A DNA stretch of 64,000 nt from Thermoanaerobaculia bacterium (lineage in GTDB: Bacteria > Acidobacteriota > Thermoanaerobaculia > Multivoradales > UBA5704), in assembly GCA_038250865.1 (NCBI GenBank), contig JBBSBW010000025.1, positions 11,809 to 75,808 on the forward strand, written 5' to 3'. Below are positions 44,505 through 53,538 of the stretch, piece after piece. The number at the start of each line of letters is the position of its first letter. Positions within the stretch are counted from its first letter, which is position 1. The position numbers and the translations under genes are program-made. The notes under the pieces were generated by a model. It had not been told where the DNA came from, did not search any database, and worked only from the letters and a program-made list of their open reading frames with translations.

Positions 44505-45383
44505 TTAGGCGCACTGCATCAGGCGCACATAGCCATCCTCGAGCCCAGGCTTTGCCGGCTTGGCATCTGGAAAGCTCGCGGGCCGCGGCCCGACCAGCCG
44601 GTATTGGATGCCGTCGGCGAGATGCAGCATCGAAACGATGGCCAGCCCCGGCTCCGGCTCTTCGAGGCGCTGGCTCGTTGCGGTCCAGACGTGACCTTCG
44701 GCGGCTTCGATCAGCTGCGCGGGACTGCCGCGAAAGAGGATTTTTCCGCGGGCGAGCACCGCGAGATCGCGACAAGTCTGGCCGATGTCTTCGACGATGT
44801 GGGTGGAAAGAATCACCGTCCGGTCCGCCGCCAGATGAACTAAAAGGTTGCGAAAGCGAATGCGCTCCTCCGGATCGAGGCCCGCCGTCGGCTCGTCGAC
44901 GATCAGTATCCGCGGATCGTTCACCAGGGCTTGGGCGATACCCACGCGGCGCTTCATGCCGCCCGAGAAACCTTTGATCTTCCGGTCCGCCGCAGGGCCA
45001 AGAGCCACCATGTCCAGAACCTCTGCGACGCGCCGGGCTCGCTCGCGCGGCTCGTCCAGACCTTTCAGGATCGCCATGTAATCGACGAACTGCGCGGCGG
45101 AAAGCTCAGGGTACATCCCGAGATCCTGCGGCAGGTACCCCAGGATCGATTTGACTCTTCGCTTTCCGCTCTCCGTCCGCAGGTCGTGCCCGGCGACGCG
45201 GAGAGTGCCGCCGCTCGGGTTCACGATCCCCGCGAGGATGCGCATCAGCGTGGTCTTCCCCGCGCCGTTCGGTCCCAGCAGACCGAACATTCCGGAGGGA
45301 ATCTGAAGGTCGATGCCCGACAGGGCGCGGGCGGCTTTCTTACCGCGGCCATAGGTCTTGGTGAGACCGATAATTTCGATCAC
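44505..45383 (-). CDS. ABC transporter ATP-binding protein (ABC-2 exporter type)
   Basis: GTG start. VIEIIGLTKTYG, Walker A GLLGPNGAGKTT, signature FSGGMKRR, Walker B LIVDEPTAGLD, H-loop LSTHIV. The ORF-track N-terminal extension is rejected. Confidence 0.85.
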   Translation of the reverse strand: MIEIIGLTKTYGRGKKAARALSGIDLQIPSGMFGLLGPNGAGKTTLMRILAGIVNPSGGTLRVAGHDLRTESGKRRVKSILGYLPQDLGMYPELSAAQFVDYMAILKGLDEPRERARRVAEVLDMVALGPAADRKIKGFSGGMKRRVGIAQALVNDPRILIVDEPTAGLDPEERIRFRNLLVHLAADRTVILSTHIVEDIGQTCRDLAVLARGKILFRGSPAQLIEAAEGHVWTATSQRLEEPEPGLAIVSMLHLADGIQYRLVGPRPASFPDAKPAKPGLEDGYVRLMQCA

Positions 45384-45397
45384 TGGAGGCTCCCGAT

Positions 45398-46057
45398 CTA
45401 AAGGTAACGTTCTTGACGCCGTAGCAGTACAGAAGAGAGGCCGAGCAGGATCACCGCCCCCGCCAGAAGCACGCTTTGGTTTGCGGCCAGATCCCGATGG
45501 TTGGGGGAAAACACGCCCATGAAAAGGAACAGGTGCCGGGCGTTCGATTCGAACCACCCCTTCATCATCAATTGCACCAGCCAGACCCCGCCGACGCCAA
45601 AGGCGCCCGTCAGGGTCTGCGCCCCGGCTAGAGATCCGGCGCAACCCAAAGCCATCAACGCGAGCGTCGGCACCAGCCAGACGAGCTGAACGCCGAAGAA
45701 CCCGCCGAGCGGAGAAAGGTCGCCACCGAGCGCTCGGGAGAAGAGTTGAAAAGCGAGCGCACAGGCGGTCTCTACGATGAGGATCAGTCCCAAACGCGCG
45801 GCGAGCGTCCGCTCCGCCCGCACGGGAGTCGAGAAGAGCAACTCCAGCGCCGGATCGTCCAGGACGGCGTAGGCCGCGAGAATGCCGCCGATCAACGGCA
45901 CGATGAAGGCGAGATAGGCGCGCGCGATGCCGTAGCGGATCGCAGGGTTAGGGAGGATCGAGAGGATCACGACAAAGAGCGCCAGGAACGCGAGAGGAAA
46001 CCACAACACATCGCGCCGGTAGGTGAGCCAGGAGTACTTCCACGCCGCGCTCTTCAT
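45398..46057 (-). CDS. ABC-2-type transporter permease (membrane protein)
   Basis: MKSAAWKYSWLTYRRDVLWFPLAFLALFVVIL..., six hydrophobic segments. GAGGAA RBS. Confidence 0.6.
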   Translation of the reverse strand: MKSAAWKYSWLTYRRDVLWFPLAFLALFVVILSILPNPAIRYGIARAYLAFIVPLIGGILAAYAVLDDPALELLFSTPVRAERTLAARLGLILIVETACALAFQLFSRALGGDLSPLGGFFGVQLVWLVPTLALMALGCAGSLAGAQTLTGAFGVGGVWLVQLMMKGWFESNARHLFLFMGVFSPNHRDLAANQSVLLAGAVILLGLSSVLLRRQERYL

Positions 46058-46067
46058 CGTCGATTCC

Positions 46068-46862
46068 TCAAGCGCGCTCCGAACGGAATTTGAGCAGGCG
46101 TTCGAGCAGCACCAGGACCCCAAAGATCGCCGAAGCCAAAACCCCCAAGTTCAGCCACGCTTGAACCGGAGTGAAGTGCGCCGCCCCCTGGATCGAGAGA
46201 GATGCGGGAACGCCGAAGAAAGCCTGAAGAGCGAAGATGCCGCTCGGCGTGAGCAGCGTGCCGTTCAAGGTAGGAAAAAGAGCCGGAGGGATGAAGTTGG
46301 CCCAGAACCAATAGCCGACGAACAAAATCTGGTAGATGGGAAGCGGCATCACCATCGGACAGGCGAGCGAAAACGCCACGACGAAGGCGAACGCCGGAAC
46401 GGTGATCGCAAGAAACGCCGCCGGCAAGGCGAGCAGGATCGATACATCCGACTTGCCGAAGGTGGTCATCGCAACTCCGATCGCCATCACCCAAAGGAAC
46501 ACGGGAAAGAGCGACGACGCGAGAGCGCCGAAGTATTTCGCCCCGACGTAGCTCGAACGGGAAAGCGGGGTGCTCTCCTGAAGCTCTCGCACCCCAAGCC
46601 GAACGTCGCGCCTCATCCGATCCGCCGACAGAATCCCGGCCACCACCGGAAAGAACACGTTGACCGCGACCAGGAACCGCCCTGCCACCGACCAGACTTG
46701 GGCGCGCGAAATCACCTCACCTCGGATCATCTCGCCCAGGGGAGGAGGAGAAAACAACAGCACGGTGTAGAAGACGAACAGCAGGCCATAGGCCACCCAC
46801 AGCCCTCTGCGGCGAAGCGACATGCCGATTTCATGACGAAGGGCTCCGTTCCAGCGGGGCAT
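46068..46862 (-). CDS. Polytopic membrane protein, probable second permease subunit
   Basis: 264 aa with multiple TM helices. 10 nt upstream of the next permease. Confidence 0.6.
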   Translation of the reverse strand: MPRWNGALRHEIGMSLRRRGLWVAYGLLFVFYTVLLFSPPPLGEMIRGEVISRAQVWSVAGRFLVAVNVFFPVVAGILSADRMRRDVRLGVRELQESTPLSRSSYVGAKYFGALASSLFPVFLWVMAIGVAMTTFGKSDVSILLALPAAFLAITVPAFAFVVAFSLACPMVMPLPIYQILFVGYWFWANFIPPALFPTLNGTLLTPSGIFALQAFFGVPASLSIQGAAHFTPVQAWLNLGVLASAIFGVLVLLERLLKFRSERA

Positions 46863-46986
46863 CCGAAATCTCCAAGGAAAGAATCGCCGTCAGCGGCTGG
46901 TGGTCAAACGACGGCGGGGGCCGATTCTTACCTGGGGTCGGCCGATCGCGCGCGGGGGCGCCTCCTGCGCACCATAGAATGACCGG

Positions 46987-47367
46987 ATGAACGACCGACC
47001 GAACCCGCTCCTGCTGGGCAGCGCCGTCCTCTACTTCGCGGCGGCCCTGCCTCTCTTGTTCGCCCCCGACGAGCTGCTCAGCTACGCGGGCGCCGCGCCA
47101 TCGGCTCTGGATTCCGTATTGCTCCAAGTGATCGGCAGCGCGATCTTCGGCTTCGCCATGCTCAACTGGATGAACCGTTTTGGACCGATCGGCGGCATTT
47201 ACGGGCGACCGGTCGTCATCGCCAACTTTAGCCACGCCGCGATCGCGGCGCTGTCCCTGGGTCACATCGCGCTGCGCTCGGCTTTTTCGGCTCCGCTGGC
47301 GGTGGTCCTCGCCGCTTATGGCGTGCTCGCCGCGGCATTCGGTTTCAAACTTTTGGCCAGGCGTTGA
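46987..47367 (+). CDS. Small hydrophobic membrane protein
   Basis: 126 aa, four predicted TM helices. Confidence 0.45.
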   Translation: MNDRPNPLLLGSAVLYFAAALPLLFAPDELLSYAGAAPSALDSVLLQVIGSAIFGFAMLNWMNRFGPIGGIYGRPVVIANFSHAAIAALSLGHIALRSAFSAPLAVVLAAYGVLAAAFGFKLLARR

Positions 47368-47395
47368 GAATTCGGATCGTGGTGGCTCTTGCCAC

Positions 47396-49021
47396 CTAGC
47401 GGTTTCTTTGGAGCAGCCGGATCAGCTCGGAGTCTCGGTGGTAGACGTCCCGACCGAGCCGCAGCATGCCGTCGTCGTCGATCCAGGCGGTCCAGTAGGC
47501 GACGTGGACCTGGACGGTCTCGGGCAGCGGCACCAGGCGCTCCTTGCCGGCATCGATTCCGGCGCGGATCGCTTCCGGAGTCCACTTCGGATCGCCCCGG
47601 AACACCCAGACCGCCAGGTCGAACGGCTTCTCGATCCGAATGCAGCCATGGCTGAAAGCGCGCAGCGTCCGGCCGAACAGCGCAGGAGCCGGCGTGTCGT
47701 GCAGGTAGACGTCAAACCGGTTGGGGAAGACGAATTTGATTCGGCCCAGGGCGTTTCCCGGACCTGGGAGCTGGCGCAGCCGGGTGGCGGAAAGGACCCC
47801 GTACCTCTCGCGCCGCAGGTAGCCAGGGTCTTTCGCCGCCTTGGGGAGGATCTCCTCCACCGCGATCTTTTTTGGCACGTACCACGAGGGATTCAAGAGA
47901 ACGGCGTTCATGGCGCTGGAAAACATCGGCGTCTTGGTGAACGGCTTGCCGACGATGACCCGCATGTCGAGTGCGACGCGGCCCTCTTCGACCGCCTCCA
48001 GGCGAAACGCCGCGATGTTGACCAGGACATGGCGTTTCCCCAGGTCGTGCGGCAGCCAGCGCCAGCGCTCCAGGTTCGCCTCGATCTGCCGGACGTGATC
48101 TTCCGCCCGCTGATTCAGCTCGGCGAGCGTCGCCTTGCCCACCACCCCGTCGTCCGCGAGGCCGTGCCGCTCCTGGAAGCGGCGCACGCCCTCGGCCAAC
48201 ATCTCGTCGAACAGGTCCGGAACCAGGCTCGGCGGAAGAGGGGCAGCGGCATCGGCCTCCGCCGCCTCGGCAAGGCGAGCCCGAAGCGAGGCGACGCGCT
48301 CGCTCCGATCGCCCAGGCGAAGGGTCGGTCCCGGCGGCACGAGTTCGGGATCGCCGGCCAGGGCCAGCTCGCGGTAGCGATGGAGCGCTTCGCGCAGAAG
48401 TCGGTACGCCTTTTGAGGCGGCGTGAGGTCGGCCAGCGCGGCGCGGAGGCGGTTCGCGCCAAGCGCCGCTTCGAGCACCGCCGCCAGGTCGGCCGCATCC
48501 GGCACCAGGGCGCAGTCGGAGTAGATCGATTCTGGATTCACCTTGCCGTGTCGCAAATCCGCGGCGAAGGAGAGAAAGGCGTCGCTCAGCAGGAGATCCA
48601 GATCGGCGCGAGAAAGAGCCTCCGGGTTGACCCGAACCGCCTCGACGAAGGCTCGAAGCTGAACGACTCGATAATCCTCGGACCGGAGTCCCTCGTCCCC
48701 CGCCGCATCGAGCGCCGCGAGCAGATCTTCGACGATCGGCAGGGGGCCGCGATCGTCGCTCCAGGCCGGGCTGAACCCGCGGCGATCGTAGAAGCATGCG
48801 AGGTCCGGGGCGGCGCGAAACCGCCGGCCTTCGATTTCCAATTGGGGCCTAGACCTACCGACGGAGAGGCGAGCCCGCAGGATGATCGGAACCCGCTCCG
48901 AAACCGGCGCTTCCTGGCCTACGAGACGAAGGCTCGACGGCCCGGCGAGTGCAAGTGCGGTAAGAGCGAGGATCTGGACGAGGATCTGAACGTAGCGGGT
49001 CCGAGCGGGCCGAGTCTGCAC
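47396..49021 (-). CDS. L,D-transpeptidase (YkuD/YcbB-like) with peptidoglycan-binding domain
   Basis: FQERHGLADDGVVGKATLAELN (PG_binding_1) and catalytic RAFSHGCIRIEKPFDLAVW (HGCIR motif). Confidence 0.8.
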   Translation of the reverse strand: MQTRPARTRYVQILVQILALTALALAGPSSLRLVGQEAPVSERVPIILRARLSVGRSRPQLEIEGRRFRAAPDLACFYDRRGFSPAWSDDRGPLPIVEDLLAALDAAGDEGLRSEDYRVVQLRAFVEAVRVNPEALSRADLDLLLSDAFLSFAADLRHGKVNPESIYSDCALVPDAADLAAVLEAALGANRLRAALADLTPPQKAYRLLREALHRYRELALAGDPELVPPGPTLRLGDRSERVASLRARLAEAAEADAAAPLPPSLVPDLFDEMLAEGVRRFQERHGLADDGVVGKATLAELNQRAEDHVRQIEANLERWRWLPHDLGKRHVLVNIAAFRLEAVEEGRVALDMRVIVGKPFTKTPMFSSAMNAVLLNPSWYVPKKIAVEEILPKAAKDPGYLRRERYGVLSATRLRQLPGPGNALGRIKFVFPNRFDVYLHDTPAPALFGRTLRAFSHGCIRIEKPFDLAVWVFRGDPKWTPEAIRAGIDAGKERLVPLPETVQVHVAYWTAWIDDDGMLRLGRDVYHRDSELIRLLQRNR

Positions 49022-49090
49022 GGCCTCAAAGTGGCACTTTCCGCATCCGCGCGCTACACCCTGCCGGGTGGGAAGGGAAAACGGTCCTCT

Positions 49091-49549
49091 CTATCGTCCG
49101 CGCAACGCCCGACTAACCACCCGGTCGAGCGCCACGGCGAACGACTGCCGGTCTTTCGGCCCATAGGGGCGCGGCCCGCCGCCCACCATCCCGGCGCTCC
49201 GCAGCTCGGTCATCAGGTCGCGCCCGGCCAGCTTTTCGCCCACGTTGTCCTCGGTGTACTCCAGGCCGCGCGGATCGAGGACGAAAACCCCCTTGTCGAC
49301 CAGCCGCGCGGCGAGCGGAATGTCCGCCGTCACCGCCACATCCCCCGCCTCGGCATGGTCCGCGATGTACTGATCCGCCACGTCGAGCCCTCCCGCCACC
49401 CGGACGGACGAGACGTACGGATGATCCCAAGGAGCGGACAGCGGCTGATTGGCGATCAGGAGCGTCTCGACCTTCAGGCGTCGCGCGAGGCGAAACACCA
49501 CGTCTTTGACGTCGCGAGGCGCGGCGTCGGCATCGATCCAGAGCTTCAA
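49091..49549 (-). CDS. YaiI/YqgE-like UPF0178 (DUF188) family protein
   Basis: TTG start. LKLWIDADAAPRDVKDVVFRLARRLKVETLLIAN... is the UPF0178 N-terminal signature. The in-frame ORF-track extension to 50440 runs through the repeat array and REP elements and is rejected. Confidence 0.65.
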   Translation of the reverse strand: MKLWIDADAAPRDVKDVVFRLARRLKVETLLIANQPLSAPWDHPYVSSVRVAGGLDVADQYIADHAEAGDVAVTADIPLAARLVDKGVFVLDPRGLEYTEDNVGEKLAGRDLMTELRSAGMVGGGPRPYGPKDRQSFAVALDRVVSRALRGR

Positions 49550-49639
49550 GAGGGAAATCCAGAGGGCGACGTGAGATAGCTCATCGGTGAGGGGAGGATA
49601 TCCGGCCCGAGCTGAGGGCTCAATCGGCACGCCCCTTAA

Positions 49640-50120
49640 AGCAGCATGTCGGAACTGGTGTGCGAGGTCCAGGGACCGGTGCTCGGCTTCTCGCACCTGC
49701 TGTGCGGGCGCTCCGGGACCGCTAGGCAGAATGCCGGAACCGGTGGGCGACCTCCCGGCACCGCTTCGCAACATGCCCAAACTGCCGGGCGGCGTCGCGG
49801 CACCGCTTCGCAACTTCCCCGAGGTGCTGGGCGGCATCCCGGCACCGCTTAGCAACGTACCCGAAGTGCTGGGCGGGATCCCAACACCGCTTGGCAGGGT
49901 GCCCGAAGCGGTGTGCGGCCTCACGACACCGGTGCGCAGAGCGCCGGAAGGGGTGGACGGCACCTGGAGACAGGTGCGCCGAGTGCGCGAAGTGGTGTGC
50001 AGCGTCTCGGGACCGGTGCGCGGCATGTCGGAAGGAGTGCGCGGAGCCGGTAGACCGGTTCGCGGAGCCGGGAGAGCGGAGGGCGGATCCCGGAGAGCGG
50101 TGCACGGGATCTGCCCAGCG
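49640..50120. repeat. Degenerate 39-bp tandem repeat array (~12 units), open in three frames
   Basis: Units such as caccgcttcgcaacatgcccaaactgccgggcggcgtcgcgg / caccgcttcgcaacttccccgaggtgctgggcggcatcccgg / caccgcttagcaacgtacccgaagtgctgggcgggatccc... Confidence 0.8.
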
Positions 50121-50227
50121 GTGCGCGGTACCGAGGAAGCACCCCCGGGACCCGACGAACCGCTTACGCGACGCCACCCAGCGGGCTCGCGCACCGAAAC
50201 ATCCCTCGGGAGCCTCTGATCGCCCCC

Positions 50228-50283
50228 AGTTTGGAGTGCGCCGACATGTCGGCGCTTTGGTCGCGGCGACGTGTCGCCGCAGG
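50228..50283. repeat. REP-like palindromic element, copy a (variant)
   Basis: tttggagtgcgccgacatgtcggcgc...ggcgacgtgtcgccgc. Confidence 0.6.
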
Positions 50284-50339
50284 CCGGGCAAGCAGTCCCG
50301 ATTCCAAGGAGTTCTTCTAGGCCAGGTCTTCGTGCTTCG

Positions 50340-50410
50340 GGAGCGCCGACGCGTCGGCGCTCGGAAAGCGGCGACACGTCGCCGCACTCCAAGGGGTTTA
50401 CCCCTCCCCG
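50340..50410. repeat. REP-like palindromic element, copy b
   Basis: gcgccgacgcgtcggcgc (18-bp perfect palindrome) + tcggaaagcggcgacacgtcgccgcactcc + gggg-ttta-cccctcccc. About 90% identical to copy c. Confidence 0.7.
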
Positions 50411-50472
50411 ACCGCCGAGAACAACGCCGGCCGAGGTCAAACCCCTCGACCGGCTCCGCCTAGTGGCCTGGT

Positions 50473-50625
50473 CTAGGTCAATTCGCAGGTGGCGGTGTTG
50501 GTCTTACAGTTGTTCGAACATCCACATGACGCACCCGCAGATGCACCCTGAACGACAATGGCGGTCTCCGTGCTCAAGGCGTACAGCGTCTCGCGTCCCA
50601 ACTTGATCTTCATCGACTTTTTCAT
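50473..50625 (-). CDS. 50-aa Cys/Ser/Thr-rich peptide with double-Gly-like leader (candidate RiPP/bacteriocin precursor)
   Basis: MKKSMKIKLGRETLYALSTETAIVVQGA | SAGASCGCSNNCKTNTATCELT. AAGGAGAGGG RBS 5 nt before the ATG. Leader LSTETAIVVQGA resembles the LSxxELxxIxGG/GA motif. Core has 4 Cys, 4 Ser, 4 Thr. Confidence 0.5.
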   Translation of the reverse strand: MKKSMKIKLGRETLYALSTETAIVVQGASAGASCGCSNNCKTNTATCELT

Positions 50626-50779
50626 CGCCCTCTCCTTTGAAAGATTCCCCACCTCCAGTCGTCGAGGCCCGATCTCCCGACAAGCACGCCTCGCCAGGTA
50701 GGCCAAACTCGCAACTAAAAGCGGATCATCAAAGAAGGTGCGCAGAGGGAGCGAATGCGAGCCGAACATGGGACTCCCC

Positions 50780-50858
50780 AAGTTTGGAGTGCGCCGACGC
50801 GTCGGCGCTCGGAAAGAGGCGACACGTCGCCGCACTCCATAGGGCTTATCCCTCCCCC
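50780..50858. repeat. REP-like palindromic element, copy c
   Basis: tttggagtgcgccgacgcgtcggcgctcggaaagaggcgacacgtcgccgcactccatagggcttatccctcccc. Confidence 0.7.
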
Positions 50859-52411
50859 GCCGCCCGTGCCCGTTCGAGCCGGGTTGCTTCATCGTGACCT
50901 AGGGTGCGCGCGGCCAGCAGGAAGAAACCGAGCGCGATCACGTTCGCGATCAGGGCGAGCGAGAGGGCGACGCGCAGATCTCCGGTCGCCATGCTCAGGC
51001 GGCCGATCGTGTAGGGACCCATGGCGAGGCCGATCAGGGTGTTGACGAGGAGGAACGCGGCCGAGGCCATGGCGCGCATGCGGGGGAGGACGAGATCCTG
51101 GATGGTCGAGGTGCCGGGGCCAAGCCAGAGGGCGGAGGCGGCGTAGAGCGGCAGGGCGAGGCAGAGGGCGATCGTCTTGTTCGGCGTCCAGGCCACGGCG
51201 AGGACGAGAGGAATGACGAGAACCGCGTTCATCATCCCGACATGGAGCCGCCCGCGGGGCGAGGTCCGCCGCAAGCGGTCGGCGAGCACTCCTCCCGAGG
51301 TCACCCCGATCCATCCCCCCAGCGCGGCAGCTCCGCCGACGATCAGCCCCAGTTGGTCGAGCGGCATGCCGTGGACGCGGGCGAAGAACGGCGCGAGCCA
51401 AAAGCCGAAGCCGTAGCCGTTGAAAGAGAGGAACGCAAAGCCGAGGATCGAGTAGATCATCGAGGGGGTGCGGAAGATCAGCGCCGCCGCCGGCCGATCG
51501 CGTAGAGCGAGCGACTGCCCCCACGAGACCGCGGCGTAGAGGCCCAAAGCGAGCGAGGCCCATTGCGCCGGGTTGCCGAAGGCGCTGGTGAGCAGGAACG
51601 CCGCGCCGATCAGCGCACCGGCCGCCCCGATGTTGGCGGCGATCATCGTGCCCGAAGCGCCGAGACGGACGAGGTTCCAGATCGTAAACGGCGGGATCAC
51701 CGAAGAGAGCTCGGCCAGAAACGCGGGGAGCGGCTTCGGCCCGGCGGCGCTTACCAAACCGTCGCTGATGCCCCGTTTCGGTTCGCGCAGCGAGGCCGCC
51801 CAAAGCGCGAGCGGAATCCCGGGAAGTCCGACGAGGAAGAACGCCGCCTGCCACCCATGGAGCCCGAACGGCGCGCCGCCTGCGGCGCCCCCTGGGAACG
51901 CCAGATCCCAGCGATTGACCACCAAGCCGCCGAGGAACAGACCGAGGCCTGAACCGATGTAGATGCCGCTCGAATAGATCGCGAGCACGGTCGCCCGTCG
52001 GGCGCGGGGGAAGTAGTCCGAGAGAAGAGAGTAAGCGGCCGGGGAGGCGCTCGCCTCGCCGACCCCGACGCCGACTCGTGCGAGTGCGAGCTGAGCAAAG
52101 GAGCGGGCCATTCCCGAAACCGCGGTCATGACGCTCCAAAAGCCGAGGCCGATCGAGATCAGCTTGCGGCGATCCCAGACGTCCGCCAGGCGCCCGAGCG
52201 GCAGGCCGAACAGGGCGTAGAACACGGCGAACGCGGTGCCGTAGAGATAGCCGAGCTGCGCATCCGTGGCGCCCAGATCGGCTTTGATCCGTTCGGCCAG
52301 GATCGACAGGATCTGGCGATCGAGGAAATTGAAGACGTAGACCAGCACCAGCACCGCGAGCACGTAGCGCGCGTACGGCCCGCCGATTTCGTCTCTCTTG
52401 TCTTCCGCCAT
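50846..52411 (-). CDS. MFS transporter
   Basis: 521 aa, 12-14 TM. MAEDKRDEIGGPYARYVLAVLVLVYVFNFLDRQILSILAER (MFS motif region). GAGGAGAGGGAG RBS. Confidence 0.85.
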   Translation of the reverse strand: MAEDKRDEIGGPYARYVLAVLVLVYVFNFLDRQILSILAERIKADLGATDAQLGYLYGTAFAVFYALFGLPLGRLADVWDRRKLISIGLGFWSVMTAVSGMARSFAQLALARVGVGVGEASASPAAYSLLSDYFPRARRATVLAIYSSGIYIGSGLGLFLGGLVVNRWDLAFPGGAAGGAPFGLHGWQAAFFLVGLPGIPLALWAASLREPKRGISDGLVSAAGPKPLPAFLAELSSVIPPFTIWNLVRLGASGTMIAANIGAAGALIGAAFLLTSAFGNPAQWASLALGLYAAVSWGQSLALRDRPAAALIFRTPSMIYSILGFAFLSFNGYGFGFWLAPFFARVHGMPLDQLGLIVGGAAALGGWIGVTSGGVLADRLRRTSPRGRLHVGMMNAVLVIPLVLAVAWTPNKTIALCLALPLYAASALWLGPGTSTIQDLVLPRMRAMASAAFLLVNTLIGLAMGPYTIGRLSMATGDLRVALSLALIANVIALGFFLLAARTLGHDEATRLERARAAGEG

Positions 52412-52524
52412 CTCCCTCTCCTCACAGATCCGAGCCCCGGAGGATTGCGCTGCGGGCGGCGCTCAAAACTCGCCCTTCGGGCTCAAACAGTTTCGCGCCG
52501 TCCTCGCGCAATCTTCCGGGGCTC

Positions 52525-53538
52525 TCAGAGAATGAACGCAGTACCGGCCTGGTTGTAGCCGACGCCCGAGCCGAGCAGCACCACCAAGTCGCCCGGCCCG
52601 GCCTTGCCCGCTTCGAGCGCGTCGTGGAGCGCCATCGGAATGCAGGCCGAGCCGGTGTAGCCCCACTTTTCCATCACCATGTGCGCTCGCTCGACGGGGA
52701 CCCCTAAGTCGGCCATGACGATCTCGATCGACGGCTTCCTCACCTGGGTGAAGATCCAGAGCTTCACCTCATCGAGCGCGAAGCCGCCCTCTTGGGCCAG
52801 CTTTCGTGCGAGACGCGGCCAACCTTCATGGTTCACCTCGGCGGGATAGCGCTCGTACGACTTGACGGTCGTGCGCCCCGCTTCGATCGCCTCCACTGAG
52901 GCCGGCTCGACCGTGCCGCCCGCAAGGATCGCCCACCGGCGGGCAAAGGCGCCGTCGGCCTGGAACGCCGCGGCGACAAACCCGGGAGAATCCCCCGCGA
53001 CCAAAACCGCCGCGCCCGCGCCGTCGCCATAAAAAAAACGCGTCGGTTCGTCCGGTGCCGCGAGCCTCTGCATGAGGTAGGCGCCGACCACCAGCACGAC
53101 GTTCAGGCTTGGGTTCGAAGCGATCATCCCGGCCGCCGCGGCGAGGCCGGTTGGAAACGAGGCACAGGCACAGCCGACATCGAAAGTTCCCGCGTTCATT
53201 GCGCCGAGCTTGTGCTGGAGCACGACCGAGGTCGCCGGGGTGATGTAGTCCGGCGAATCGGTACCGAGCACGATCAGGTCGACTTCTTCTGGCTGCTTCC
53301 CCGCCCGGTCGAGCGCCTGACGCGACGCTTCGAGCGCGAGATCCGAAGTCGCTTGGGTCTCGCGCGCCCAATAGCGGCGGACGATGCCGGTCGAGGCTTG
53401 CATCTTGTCGACGTACTCGGGCGCGGTCGCCGCGAGCATCGTCCGCAGCTCGTCGTTGCCGACCTCGCGCTCCGGAAGATACATACCGGTCGAGGCGATG
53501 CGGGCGTAGCGTGCGGGTCGGACCGAGGATTCGATCAA
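52525..53538 (-). CDS. KAS-III-like (FabH/OleA/thiolase-superfamily) condensing enzyme or acyltransferase
   Basis: TTG start in a TTGA overlap. ARIASTGMYLPEREVGNDEL, active-site Cys DVGCACASF, C-terminal GYTGSACIPMAL. The usual His in the HQAN position appears to be replaced (IFTQVRKPS). Confidence 0.75.
   Translation of the reverse strand: MIESSVRPARYARIASTGMYLPEREVGNDELRTMLAATAPEYVDKMQASTGIVRRYWARETQATSDLALEASRQALDRAGKQPEEVDLIVLGTDSPDYITPATSVVLQHKLGAMNAGTFDVGCACASFPTGLAAAAGMIASNPSLNVVLVVGAYLMQRLAAPDEPTRFFYGDGAGAAVLVAGDSPGFVAAAFQADGAFARRWAILAGGTVEPASVEAIEAGRTTVKSYERYPAEVNHEGWPRLARKLAQEGGFALDEVKLWIFTQVRKPSIEIVMADLGVPVERAHMVMEKWGYTGSACIPMALHDALEAGKAGPGDLVVLLGSGVGYNQAGTAFIL

Noticed and set aside
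49640-50120. Possible CRISPR array
   Set aside because: Units are contiguous 39-bp degenerate tandem copies without intervening unique spacers, and no cas genes are nearby. It is a minisatellite, not CRISPR.
49550-50440. In-frame N-terminal extension of the YaiI-like ORF (49091..50440)
   Set aside because: Runs through the 39-bp repeat array and two REP elements. The UPF0178 domain begins at the TTG at 49549.
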